Shown here: positions 51,966 to 64,000 of the stretch, one piece after another
Numbering within the stretch: the stretch's first letter is position 1
Layout of the letters: each line of letters begins with the position of its first letter
NCBI GenBank assembly: GCA_964016885.1
Contig: OZ024741.1
Location: 37,696,001 to 37,760,000 of the forward strand
Direction of reading: 5' to 3'
DNA: 64,000 nucleotides
DNA from: Eledone cirrhosa
Lineage: Eukaryota
Notes under the pieces: model-generated
The model's input: the letters and a program-made list of their open reading frames with translations, nothing else
What the model was told of the DNA's origin: nothing
The model's database searches: none
Program-made: the position numbers and the translations under genes

Positions 51966-54321
51966 GTGAGAAATATAATTTTTCTGATTTACCTGTGTTT
52001 AATAATCTGTGAATGTAACTTAATAACCCTTTTGGTACCAATCCATCTGATACTGGCTCTGATTCTATTAACTCTTTTGATACCAACCTTCCTGAAACTG
52101 TCCTTTGTTCTGTGATACAGAAGTATTTGTTTTAAAGTGTATATATTTTTATTAAAAAATCTTCTGACATAATTTTATGTCAGAACCTTTGTTAAGCTAT
52201 GTTCCAAACATCAGTTGAATAATGAAAAAGTTATTTTACTTAATCTCCTCAGAATTCTTGATTATCTCTAAAATTGATTATCTCTAAAATTATTAGAAAA
52301 TGATAGGCAGTGTCTTTTATTAGAAATATGGTAATAAAATTATTAATCCCTATTGTGATCATATTTCTAATGACATACACTGTTTCTCAGTTGATAAATA
52401 TTTTAGAGATATTTACTGAAATTATGTTGAAAGGTATTAATTTAAATAAGAACCCTTTGAAATGGGTGATTTTATTTCATAGAACCTGAGGCAGTTTGCT
52501 GTTGGTTGGTATTATAAGGGTTGAAGAAAAACACCAATTTTAAAGAGTTTCTATTTAAATTAAAACCTTCCAATATAATTTTACCTAAGAACATTTTATT
52601 AAGTTATATTACAAATATCATCTTAATAAGGAAATAATTAATAATTTTTGTAAAATCCCTCTAAATTCTTTGTTACGTATTTGAAATTCAGTGATTTCAT
52701 GAGAGCTATACTCATGAATGAGTTAAAATCTTAGAAAAATGGTAAGAATAATGCTAATGTGTTTTATATATTTTACTTGAGTGTCAGCTAGATTTCTAGA
52801 AATCATCAGCATCTATTGCAATGTTCTACACTTAAATCTGTTGATACCAAACTGTCTAGAAGTAGCTTTGATTCCCTAATGCCAAGTTTTTTTTTTTAAA
52901 TGTTTATATTCATAAAAAAAATTTTCCATCGTAATTTTATGTAATAATCATTAAGTTATGCTCTGAACACCAGGTTAATGATAGGAAAGTTAATTATATT
53001 ACTAAATGTCTCCAAATTGTTGATTACCTTTTAAAATATCTGAAAATCATTGGCAGTGTGAAATCATTAGAAATATGACAATGAAAGGATTAAATTGTTT
53101 ACATTTATCTGAAAAAATTTTCATAATTTTACTTGAAAACTTTTATTATGTTTCAAACACCATCTTAATAATGAGAAAGCTATTTTACTAAATCTCTTTG
53201 AATAGTTGATTATTTAAAAAAGAATTTTGAAAACGATAGATAGTGTTTTTCATTAGAAATATGGTAACGATAGACCTGTTGTTGTTTTTTGAGTTGGCAT
53301 GAGGTAGATTTATAAATTAGGTTATGTTTGTTATTTCTTATTTTATATTTTCTTTTTAATTGACAGTAGCTTATGATATTCTTCTGATAAAACTACGCAG
53401 CCTGTTGATACCACCTGCCTAAATCTTTACCTTACTACTATCAAATGTTTAATAGTAGCATAATACACTGGCACAAAGTCAAATGACTAATCATAACCTC
53501 CCAATCTTACAGTATATTAGCGTGAATTATGCTTTATAAGAATGGTAAAGGCATGTATTATAATTATGTGTGTGTAAGTAGTAAATGAGGAAATGTTGTA
53601 AAGCTCTCTTCATCAATAAATTTCCTTGTCTGAACATCATGATAGCAAATGCTTCAATGATGAATGTTCTAGTTGTTCAGTCAGCAGATGGCTTCCTCCT
53701 TAACTCTATTGATACTAAACTATTTGAAACTCATGTTCTGCAATACAAAACTATTTGCTTGTTTCAAATTCTTAATTATTTTCTAAATTATTTGAAAATC
53801 ATAGGCAGAGCGTTTCATTAGAAATATAGTTACTAAAAGTTAAATTAAAGTGTAAGTGGCTGAGTATTCCACAGTCACATGCAATCTTAACATAATTCTC
53901 AGTCCATTTGACAGGCTTCCAAGCAGTTTTAGTTACACAATTTCAATCACAATCTAGTTGTAAATCTGAGACTCTGGTAAAAGACACATGCCGAAGTTGC
54001 TGCATATCATCATCATCATCATCATCATCATCGTTTAACATCCATTTTCCACGCTAACATGATTTATCCATACTAGTAATGGATTAGTAATGGAATTGAA
54101 CCTAGGGTCTCATGATTACAAAGCAAACTTCATAACCACTTGGACATGCAAATGTAGAAATAGTAAAAGTAATTTCTTCAGAACTGAAATAAAACTCCAG
54201 AATCTATTTATTGCTATTCCATATCACCACATTGATCTACTATCAGTTATATATTGTTTTCTTTTCTATAGTTCTCTCTGTATTCAATTACCACCAGTAA
54301 TTCACTGAATCAACTACACTC

Positions 54322-54360
<39 letters not shown>

Positions 54361-54364
<4 letters not shown>

Positions 54365-55620
54365 CCTTTGATAGGGTACCCCGATCTGTCATCTGGTGGT
54401 CCCTAAGGAAGCTAGGTGTTGAGGAATGGCTTGTGAGGACAGTGCAAACTTTGTACAGAGGTACTCTCAGTAAAGTCAGGGTAGGAATGGAGTTTAGTGA
54501 GGAATTTCAGATACAAGTAGGAGTACATCAGGGTTCGGTCCTCAGCCCGCTCTTGTTCATTATAGTCCTCCAAGCCATAACAGAGGAGTTTAAGACTGGC
54601 TGTCCATGGGAACTTCTCTATGCTGATGATCTGGCTCTTATAGCAGAATCAGTAGAGGAGCTAGAGAATAAATTCCGGCTATGGAAACAGCAGTTGGAAG
54701 CAAGAGGACTGAGAGTAAATCTAGCTAAGACAAAAGTGTTGATGAGTAGAAAAGAGGACAAAACCCTGATTCCGTCAGGGAAATGGCCATGTTCGATATG
54801 CAGAAAAGGAACTGGCATAAATTCTATAAAATGCACACAATGCAGGTCCTGGGTACACAAGAGATGTAGCGGGATAGCAGGCAAACTAACAGGTAGGGAG
54901 AAATATGTATGCAGTAGATGTACAGGGAAATTAGACAGTAGAAGTCGCACTGATAGACACATTTTTCAAATGCGAGAGGGCGCTATAGAAGTGGTGGATA
55001 GCTTCCGGTACCTAGGAGATCAGATTAGCATGGGAGGGGTGTGTTCCGAGGCCATAGTATCTAGAATAAGGACGGGTTGGAAGAAGTTTAGGGAGCTGCT
55101 TCCTCTGTTGACGAAGAAGGGTTTCTCCCTGCGTACGAAAGGCCGGTTGTATGATGCCTGTGTGAGGAGCGCGATGCTGCATGGTAGTGAGACATGGGCA
55201 GCAACCGCAGAGGATATGCGACGGCTGGAGAGAAATGAGGCAAGCATGCTCCGTTGGATGTGCAGTGTAAATGTGCGTGAATGACCCAGCATAAATGTGT
55301 TGAGAGAGAAACTGTGTCTGAGAGGGATAGAATGTAGTGTACGGGAGAGGAGACTGAGGTGGTATGGACATGTGATGCGCATGGAGGAGGACCGATGGGT
55401 GAAGAAGTGCCAGGAAATGCCAGTTGAAGGAAGACGTGGTAGAGGTAGACCACGAAAAACATGGGCGGAGGTGGTGAGAACAGACCTCAGATCATTGAAG
55501 CTCACGGTGGAGATGACGAGGGACCGTGACGAGTGGAGAGATGCTGTGCTGAATAAGACCCGTCCCACCCTTGCAAGCAGGGAAAAGCGGACGTAAAATG
55601 ATGATGATGATGATGATGAT
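54361..55620 (+). mobile_element. RTE-clade LINE, 5'-truncated young copy with intact 3' end and (GAT)n tail
   Basis: ORFs 54325-55284 and 55297-55596 share one frame, split by a single CGA>TGA stop. Contains LYADDL and ends GGGAAAAGCGGACGTAAAATGATGATG. Flanked by (TA)n on both sides. Confidence 0.96.
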
Positions 55621-55896
55621 ATAAATATATATATATATGTAATAGGGATTACTGCACTAAATCTTTTATGTTCATTACATCTGATGACGTTACCAATTTT
55701 CTTTCATCTTGGTCTGGTAATGTAAACCAGCCATAGAAATACATATTATGTAATTGTCCAATATTAAAGGGATATATAATCCGGCCTTCTATTTTCAATG
55801 AAATATATATATACTTCATTGACATATATATAATATATAATTTTTCTTTTTTTAAATTAGTTTCCATTTTTTATAATTGTCTTTCTTTTTCTGCAG

Positions 55897-58020
55897 TTAA
55901 CTGGCTGTGATGAAATTGAGGAAACTTTAATCCAGAGGGCATACTATATGGGTCAAATTCCCGCCCAGCTAGCAGCAGAGAGTCTGACCTCTTCTACCTC
56001 CTTGACACAGCCTGCTTTTTACAATGTGATCAATCCTAGGTCTGCATCAGCAGCTGCATTTGCAAACAATGTGCATACACAGACTGACACTATGAATGGA
56101 GACACCAAGCCAACCACTAGTCATAATGCAATGCATACTAGCTCACAAAGAAGACCAAAATCATCCGATGGTGTACCAGAGAGTTCTACGAGTGGTCACC
56201 ATCCTTCAGAGAATTTGAACATGAAAACCGTTTCTATAGAAAACCTTCACAAGAACACTTCATCTTTCCCTTCAAAGAGTGAAAGCTCAAAACCAAGTCT
56301 TCAAGATGTAATCTCTCATTTGTTCAACCAAGCTTCTGCTGCATATCCATCGGCACAGACTGTTCTACCGAGATCGGCGGCAAGCTCCGATAAATCTTCC
56401 AGTAGTAGTGATAAAACTGAAAGTGCTTTAACATCTTCAAGCAAAAAGAATGAGTTGGCATCTGCCCTTTCTACATCCATTAGTAACCAATCACATTTGA
56501 TCTCCCATAAAATGGTTTCTATTCCTACATCTGATATAAGTTTATCAAATTCATCTTCCAGTGGTCCAGAAAATATTCTGGCTTCTCAAAGCAATACAAA
56601 TTCTTCATTACGGTCTACAGTATCATCAAAATCTTCTGGAGTTAACGAACACTCCCGTTTGTCTTCTAATAAAGGAGCTACCCCAGCTCCTGCTAAGTCG
56701 TCACAAGACTTATTAACTGCTGGTCGCAGCAGTTCTGCTGGATCATCAAAGTCTTCATATCCAATTGGTTATGATAAGTTTGGTGCTGTTTACTATGACT
56801 ATAGTTTGCCAGACCGTGGGCTGAGTCAAGCCAGACAAAGTCGAGGTGTGGTGCTCTCTCCATGTGTTAGCCCTGCTGCAGTGTGCTATTATCCAAATGG
56901 TTTACATCCACTGAAGCCCCCGGTGGACCTTTCTAACTCTAGTTTGGATGTCTCTAATCCAAGTACCCCACTAGATTTATCGGCATCAGCTTATAAAGAG
57001 CAAGAACCAATGCAGTCGCGGAAGCCAGGAAAAGGAGCTGAGAAAGCAGTAGATATTTGCAGTCCATTAGCACTAGGTGAGTCTTTGGAAGAAGTTAAAA
57101 TCCCTTTGACAAAGAGCTGTACTGTAACAGTCCCTACTCCTCCAGCTTCCACTTTAGCCGAGAAGCAAGAGAACAGTCATTCAAAGGCTGTTGTACCCTC
57201 CCTTAAATCTTCATATGAGCGAAACTATCTTATTTTTGGGGACAGTGAACTTGAGATAATATCTGTTGGTAAAAACAAGTGGATTGTTCGTAATGAACTT
57301 GAGCTCTGTAGAATTGCAAAAGAGGAAGTGAAGAAACTCGGTAGTCCAATTCCTGAGGAACCTTGTTCTAAATCACCTAATGATAAAAGACATTTATGTA
57401 AACACTCAGCCAAATCCATTTGTTCCAATGTTGACTCTTGCTCGCACTGTAACCATTCATCGAATGCAAATCCATGTTCCACTCCTAAGAATTCCCAAGG
57501 TGCCTGTTGCTTATCTGCAGATTTCTCCAGGTTCAGTTCATCCTCATCCCCTCAGCACTCCTCAGCTGGCAGTCCAAAAGACCAAAAGGACAGTTGTCCT
57601 AACCACAAGAGAAGTGTTGATTCCTCTAAGGAAACAGACTGTCCATCAGCCAAAGTGTCCAAGAGTTCTGCTAATTACCCTTTAATTGATAATAATAATA
57701 CTAGTCCATGTCCTAATGAGTCCACTGCTGACATATCAACAACCGCCAATAACTCTGACTGGGAAGTCAGTCATGATGACTCTTCTCCTAACAACCCAAC
57801 TTCAAACTCAGAAAACAACACACCCACTTCTAATGAACAACAGCAACAACAGCAGCCGCCTCCTACTCCTACTCCTCCATCAACGAACTCTAAAGTGTCT
57901 GAGGAAGAATCTCAGAAAGAACCTCTTTCTTCACCTGACGAAGCTGGAGATTCAACAACACCTCCTGACACTGAAGGAAGCAAATGTCCAACTTTACAAA
58001 AAATGTTAAAGACTACTTGA
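55897..58020 (+). CDS. Paxbeta: Pax-beta terminal coding exon (Ser-rich, with YYDYSLPDRGL, PVDLS, PLDLS and YERNYLIFGDSELEIISVGKNKWIVRNE motifs)
   Basis: TTTTTCTGCAG| acceptor at 55896, phase 0, in frame with the 690-aa ORF 55948-58020 ending in TGA. The motifs match my recollection of the C-terminal motifs described for Pax-beta proteins. Confidence 0.9.
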   Translation, partial: LTGCDEIEETLIQRAYYMGQIPAQLAAESLTSSTSLTQPAFYNVINPRSASAAAFANNVHTQTDTMNGDTKPTTSHNAMHTSSQRRPKSSDGVPESSTSGHHPSENLNMKTVSIENLHKNTSSFPSKSESSKPSLQDVISHLFNQASAAYPSAQTVLPRSAASSDKSSSSSDKTESALTSSSKKNELASALSTSISNQSHLISHKMVSIPTSDISLSNSSSSGPENILASQSNTNSSLRSTVSSKSSGVNEHSRLSSNKGATPAPAKSSQDLLTAGRSSSAGSSKSSYPIGYDKFGAVYYDYSLPDRGLSQARQSRGVVLSPCVSPAAVCYYPNGLHPLKPPVDLSNSSLDVSNPSTPLDLSASAYKEQEPMQSRKPGKGAEKAVDICSPLALGESLEEVKIPLTKSCTVTVPTPPASTLAEKQENSHSKAVVPSLKSSYERNYLIFGDSELEIISVGKNKWIVRNELELCRIAKEEVKKLGSPIPEEPCSKSPNDKRHLCKHSAKSICSNVDSCSHCNHSSNANPCSTPKNSQGACCLSADFSRFSSSSSPQHSSAGSPKDQKDSCPNHKRSVDSSKETDCPSAKVSKSSANYPLIDNNNTSPCPNESTADISTTANNSDWEVSHDDSSPNNPTSNSENNTPTSNEQQQQQQPPPTPTPPSTNSKVSEEESQKEPLSSPDEAGDSTTPPDTEGSKCPTLQKMLKTT

Positions 58021-59503
58021 GTAGCAGCATCACACATAGTTAAAACACATATATATTTCTTTCTCCTCGATCTACATTTCTTTTTTCTTTCAAATCTCCA
58101 TCTTTCTCTTTCTTTCTATGTAAATCTGATCATAAAACAAACAAACAAAAATAACACAACCAAAGCCCTCAGAAGCTCTTCTCTCCACTTGTGTGCAGTG
58201 TAAAATCGAGGGACAAACAGTTTGAGCATCAGTCTTACTTGCCAGTTGTACTAGAATGCTGATGGCTAAAATAAGCCCAGCAGGGGTGCACAAATTGTAG
58301 GTCAAAGTTGTTATGGTGCTGTGAAACAGAGGTAACCACTACTTCAACTACTCCCAAATCACTGTTGATGTTGATTTAATAAATGAAAGAGAAATAGTAA
58401 AAAAAACAAAACAAAGCACACAAAATAATAACAACAATAACAACAACAACCCAGCTGTGTTAGAAGTATGGCATGTTCTGTCAGCTTTAAACCCCCCCTT
58501 TTTTCTTTCTTTCTTTTTTTTTTTTTTTTTTTTTAAATTACACAAGTCCTGCCAATCAGTGTTGCTGCTGTTGCTCTATTGCATATAAATGTGCGCTCAG
58601 AAAAAATACAAACGTGTGTGTATGTGTATATATATATGTATATATATGTATATGTATATATATATATACATAGTATATGTATGTATGCATGTGTCAGACC
58701 ATGTATATGTATCAGTGTGTGTGTATGTATGTATGTGTTTTTATATATATATATATATACAACCATGTGGGTGACATTTAAACAAAAACTCACATACATA
58801 CATGCATGCTCATATGTACATATACAGGTGAAATTTAGAGAAAAATTCTTTTTGTAAAAAAAAAAAGAAAAAAGCCCTCTGAAACATTTGAAATATTTTA
58901 AAAGTAAATGCTTGTCCTTGTCTTCATTTTCTGTATGTGATTAGGAAAGGAGTTCTACTTGAGGAGTATTAGTACATCAGTTACCATCATTGTTATACTA
59001 TCGGCATCCTCTCCTATCTTATGAGTGAGACACTGGAAACAACACCATGATGGTAATTTGAAAGGAACTTTTTCCTGAATTTTGCATATTAATGTCTTAA
59101 CTGAAATAATATTTTTTATTGTTACTCCTTTTTGTTCCACCAACACCACCATCATCATCACCACCACCACCACCACCACCTTTAAATGTTTCATCAGCCG
59201 TCATATGCAGCAAAATTATTCAGTTTTTAAGGTATAATATAATAACTTTGTTTTTGACCTGAAAAAGTATTTGTAATCTTGCGAATTACGAAACTACATT
59301 CTTGGAAAAATGAAAAAAAAAAAAAACGAAAGAAATTAGTAATGATAGAAAAGAAAGAAAAATAATAAATATTATGCAGACTCTGGCTTTTAATGTTAAA
59401 AGGAATGAAGGAAGCATTTGTTCTACATTGGGAACTTGGCTTATTCAAACATTTTTACTCCTTGTTATTTTAATCTTATTTTAATAATAAGTTTGGTCTC
59501 ACC

Positions 59504-59734
59504 GTGTATGTATATATATATATGTTCGTGTATGTATATATATATGTGTGTATATATATATATATGTGTATATCTATATATATATATGCATATATATATG
59601 TATATATATATATGTATGTATATATATATATATGTGTATATATATATATGTGTATATATGTATGTGTGTATATATGCATATATATGTATGTGTATATATG
59701 CATATATATATATGTATGTGTGTATATATGCGTA

Positions 59735-59779
<45 letters not shown>

Positions 59780-59892
59780 ATATATATATATATATATGTG
59801 TATATATTTGTATGTGTGTATATATATGCGTATATATATATACACATATATATGTATATACATATGTGTGTGTGTATATATATATATATATA
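59504..59892. repeat. Compound (TA)n/(TG)n microsatellite (similar tracts at 9478-9880, 41840-42095, 60518-60820)
   Basis: Directly visible dinucleotide runs; source of the Y/I/M/C/V-rich spurious ORFs. Confidence 0.95.
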
Positions 59893-60517
59893 CGGTCCTT
59901 CCTTCCTTCATATATGACTACACAGGAACATTCTCCATGTCATATTATCTGAGGAAAAGCAAACAAACAGAAAGGAAGACAGAAAGAAAGAAAGGAACTG
60001 CAAAAAAAAAGAAGAAAAAAAGAAAGAAAAAGGGCTCAGTTAGAGGGTTGACATTTAATTCTGCACACATGTTTGTGTAACAACTAACCAAAGGCTGGGG
60101 TAAACCATAGGGTTTTCTATCAAGCATTTTGGCCCTCACCACATATTTAATGTGCTTATATGTGGGAGTGTGCCAAGGTGCAAACATATGTCTTAATATA
60201 TATATTTTGCTTATTGGACATGTTTTTTTTATTGTGTATAAGCTTACACATACATGCATTCACACATACATAAATACATGTATACATACATATATATAAA
60301 TATATATATATACACACATACACATGCAACTGTTTTTTTTGTTGTTGTTTTTTCTTGCTATCAAAGAACAAGTTGCAATGTATAATGGGTTCATTCATAT
60401 ACAATTGCAGGGTGTTAAGAGTGGGGTCTGGGAGCAAGGCACTTTACCCTTTTTTTTGCTCTTCAATAATGTATCTGACTTAGTTATGACATATATGCAT
60501 CTGACTTAGTTATGACG

Positions 60518-60553
<36 letters not shown>

Positions 60554-61404
60554 TATGTATATATGTGTGTATGTATATATATATATGTATATATACACAC
60601 ATATATGTGTGTATGTATATATATATATATGTATATATACACACATATATGTATATATGTGTGTATGTATATATATATATATGTATATATACTACACATA
60701 TATATGTATATATGTGTGTATGTATATATATATATATATATATGTGTATATATACACACATATATATGTATATATGTGTGTATGTATATATATATGTGTA
60801 TATATGTACGTACACACACACGGACAAGTGACTTTCTCTGCAGGGAATCACATGTTTATTGGTTCACTTTGATATTTTTTTTGTTATGTGTATAAATATA
60901 TTATTTAAGCTGGTGGTTTATTATCACTTATAAATGGTAATGTGTGTGTGTGTGTCTATAGTTATATATATATATTTATATATGAATAATAATAAATATA
61001 TATATATATATATAAATAAATACATAGATATAGATATCTATTTATAGATTATATATCTGGATTTGTTTATATGTTTATATATATATATATATCGGTATGT
61101 GTGTATATATATATATATCGGTATGTGTGTATATATATATATATCGCTATGTGTATATATATGTATATATATGGTAGATATGTGTATGTATGTGTTTATT
61201 ACATGAACATATGCGCGTATGAATGGTAAGCTTGTTTCTATGCTGAAATGTGTGTATGTATATGTGGCAAAGACATTACATTATAGTTATGGAAAGATCT
61301 TGATCCAATACTTATATGCTGCATCATAATGAAGAGAAACTCTATAGTGAAGTAGATTGTACAAATGTACATGTATATACACACACATACACATATATAA
61401 ATGC

Positions 61405-61442
<38 letters not shown>

Positions 61443-62224
61443 ACACTCATATATATATATATATATATTTGTGTGTATATATGTATGTATTCGTGTATAC
61501 ACAGCTTATTGCATTCATTGACATGTTTGTAACTTAACACATTATCACCAATTTCTACTAAATTTTACAAGTCTCACACAGATACACAATATTTCTACAT
61601 TTATTTGTTTATCATCATATGTGTGTACATATGTCTCTATGTATCTCTCTCTTTCTATTTGTACATTTCTGTTTATATGTGTGTCTGTCTGACTCTCCTT
61701 CCCTCTTGCTCACATACACTACACACTTGAAATCTTGTCTGTATCATCATCGTGTGCTTGTCTTTCTCTCTCTCTCTCTGTTACCTCACACCCAACAAAG
61801 GTAACAAAACCAGTGTTTTAGCACCTTCCAATTTCAAGATGATGTGTTTATATTTTCGATCAGTGGTTAGGGATGTATGCAACATTTCAATAGGGAAGTC
61901 TGTCAGCCCTCCTGGTTCTTTTATCCTTATTTATAGATAATGTAGGGAGATGGATTGGATTGACAGAATCTGGTTTTAAATCCTGCCAAGGTAAACTTTG
62001 CCCATCATTCTGTCACAGCTGATAAAATATAGAACCAGTTAAGCACTATATTCAATTTAATTGAATTTCATCTCCCCTAAAAATTACTGACCTTCTGCAT
62101 AAATTTGAAACCATTGTTTATAGACAATCTAAAGGTTTATTTATTTGGTTAAGGATAAATATTATGTTTAATGCCTGTTGCTCAAATCATTGGCTTGCCC
62201 ATGTCTAGGAATAAACATTGGTCA

Positions 62225-62420
62225 CTCTCCAATTGTGGTCGAGCCTGTAACAGTGGAGACTTCTGGTGTCCTTGAACCTAGGACCACCTCTCCACTCACC
62301 ACCATCGGCACGGAGTTGGCTACCCGCAGGTGTGAGACTCATAACCTGGAATGGTTCTTCCAATGCTTCTCCCTCACCAGCCTCCGGGAGAAACTACTCT
62401 ATTCTGTCCACCGGGACCGT
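62225..62420 (+). mobile_element. CRE-like (RLE) retrotransposon 3' fragment
   Basis: EPVTVETSGVLEPRTTSPLTTIGTELATRRCETHNLEWFFQCFSLTSLR; homologous to 15812-15985. Confidence 0.6.
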
Positions 62421-64000
62421 GGAGCAACCAGCATGTGGGTTCCCATTTGCATATAATAGTGAGAGAGACAGAGAGTGACAGAGAACATCAACGCCCACAC
62501 ATACTTGATAATACAACGATGTTATCCCCCCTCAGTCTTCCCTTATTCTGTTACTGTTGTCGTCAGAATCATATGCTGCTATTTATTGATAAGCTATTTT
62601 AATTTCATTACCATTTTTATTTAATTCATTAGAATCGATTCCTTTGATCTTGCTAGTCTTCTTAAAATCCTTAGATCTTTTAACCCCTATGTTACCATAT
62701 TTCTATTGGAAAACATTGTCTATAGTTTTCAAATCAATTTGAAAATAATCAAAAATTTTGAGAGATTCAGTAATGTAACTAACTTTTTCATTATCAAACT
62801 GGTGTTTGGAACATAACTTAACAAAGATTCTTACCTAGAATTATGACGGAAGGTTTTTAGTTGAACAGAAACACCTTAAATTAAAAAGCTTTATATGATA
62901 GAACCCATGGCAATTTCAGCAATTTTGTCATCAATAAAGTTACCCCCCCCCCCTTCTTCTGATAGGTAATGCTTGGTGTTAACAGTCTGTATATTTTGTG
63001 TTTATACTTCCTTAATATTAGGAGATAAACCACATGCCAAAATTACATTCTTTTGCCAGAATTTGTTATTTTTCCTGTTTTCTTCTGCAAATAATGCAGT
63101 TAGGCTATTTACTGACCCCCGCCCCCCTCCAAAAAAGTGGCAGACTAGTTTTAAGAAGTCTCTGGAACTGTAAAACTTTCCTTTCTTGTTGATAAATTGC
63201 TACTGTATCTTATACAGTAATAGTTCCCTTGTTTCACCAACAACCACCTCAGCAATCAATTATATTGATGCTGAAAGAAAGAAAATATATATTTGGCTTT
63301 TTGTTCTGATGTTACCATATGTTTATATTTAGTCCATTTCAATGAAATATCTAGTTTTCTTAGGTAGCAGGGTGAAATTCTTTAAATAGTCTTTATTTTG
63401 CATTTATTCCCCCTTTCATTTCTGAATTTGGAAGGATTTAACAATATAACTAACCTTCTCATGATTATGCTGATGTTTAGTATTTTTAAAACCAAGGGTA
63501 ATTTCAGAGGGTTTGTTTCCAAAAGGGTTAAGAAACGCATACTAAATCTCTATTAATCTATCAAATAATAAATATATGGGAGGATGCAATATAAACACAT
63601 TGAAGTACTTAGTTGTACACAGATTGTGTGAAACACAAAAAGAACAATAGGGTTTAAATAGGCCACATGTAGTCATGTAAATAATAAAGTCAATAGACTA
63701 TGTAACTTAGAGTTGTCTTAAAACAGCATGGATCATGGCTTGAAAAGTTATGCTTTCAACAAATTGTGCCTGTGACATGATTTTAAAATATATTTCAGTG
63801 ATTGTGTCAATGTCCTTGTTAATGCAATGAGTAGTAACGATGTCATCATTTTAAATTACTCTATATTGAAACAGTAAATTAAATCAAACAAGAGCAGGTT
63901 TTTCTATTTTTAGATAATCTTATTTTAAAGGAAATTTTAAAAAAATCCTATTTAGTTTTGTTTGAATCACTCATAATTATTTTTAATGTATTGTTGGTTT

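Noticed and set aside
59418-60895. Many long Y/I/C/V/H/T-rich ORFs (also near 9.6-10.9 kb, 41.8 kb and 44.7 kb)
   Set aside because: Translations of (TA)n/(TG)n/(CA)n microsatellites.

Overview
AT-rich, microsatellite-laden animal genomic DNA, most likely from an octopod cephalopod (inferred from the SINE/RTE repeat landscape and the gene). One protein-coding gene spans almost the whole window on the + strand: a paired-box transcription factor of the lophotrochozoan Pax-beta type. I reconstruct six coding exons with consistent splice phases: 1005-1632, 28304-28558 (probably a cassette exon), 35700-35865, 47671-47808, 51836-51965 and 55897-58020, giving about 1146 aa with a paired domain, PxDLS motifs and no homeodomain. 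The introns hold two young, oppositely oriented RTE LINE copies, older RTE/CR1/CRE fragments, tRNA-derived SINEs, TTAA-flanked piggyBac-type MITEs and SINE-derived minisatellites. The most notable unannotated signal is a set of short, mostly (TA)n-associated and often palindromic elements carrying hammerhead-ribozyme-like cores (CUGAUGA...GAAAC-palindrome-GUH). They resemble Penelope-like-element pseudo-LTRs, have unusually long stem II inserts, and two copies show compensatory base changes. Most other ORFs in the supplied track are microsatellite artefacts. All alignments were done by eye and nothing was computed.
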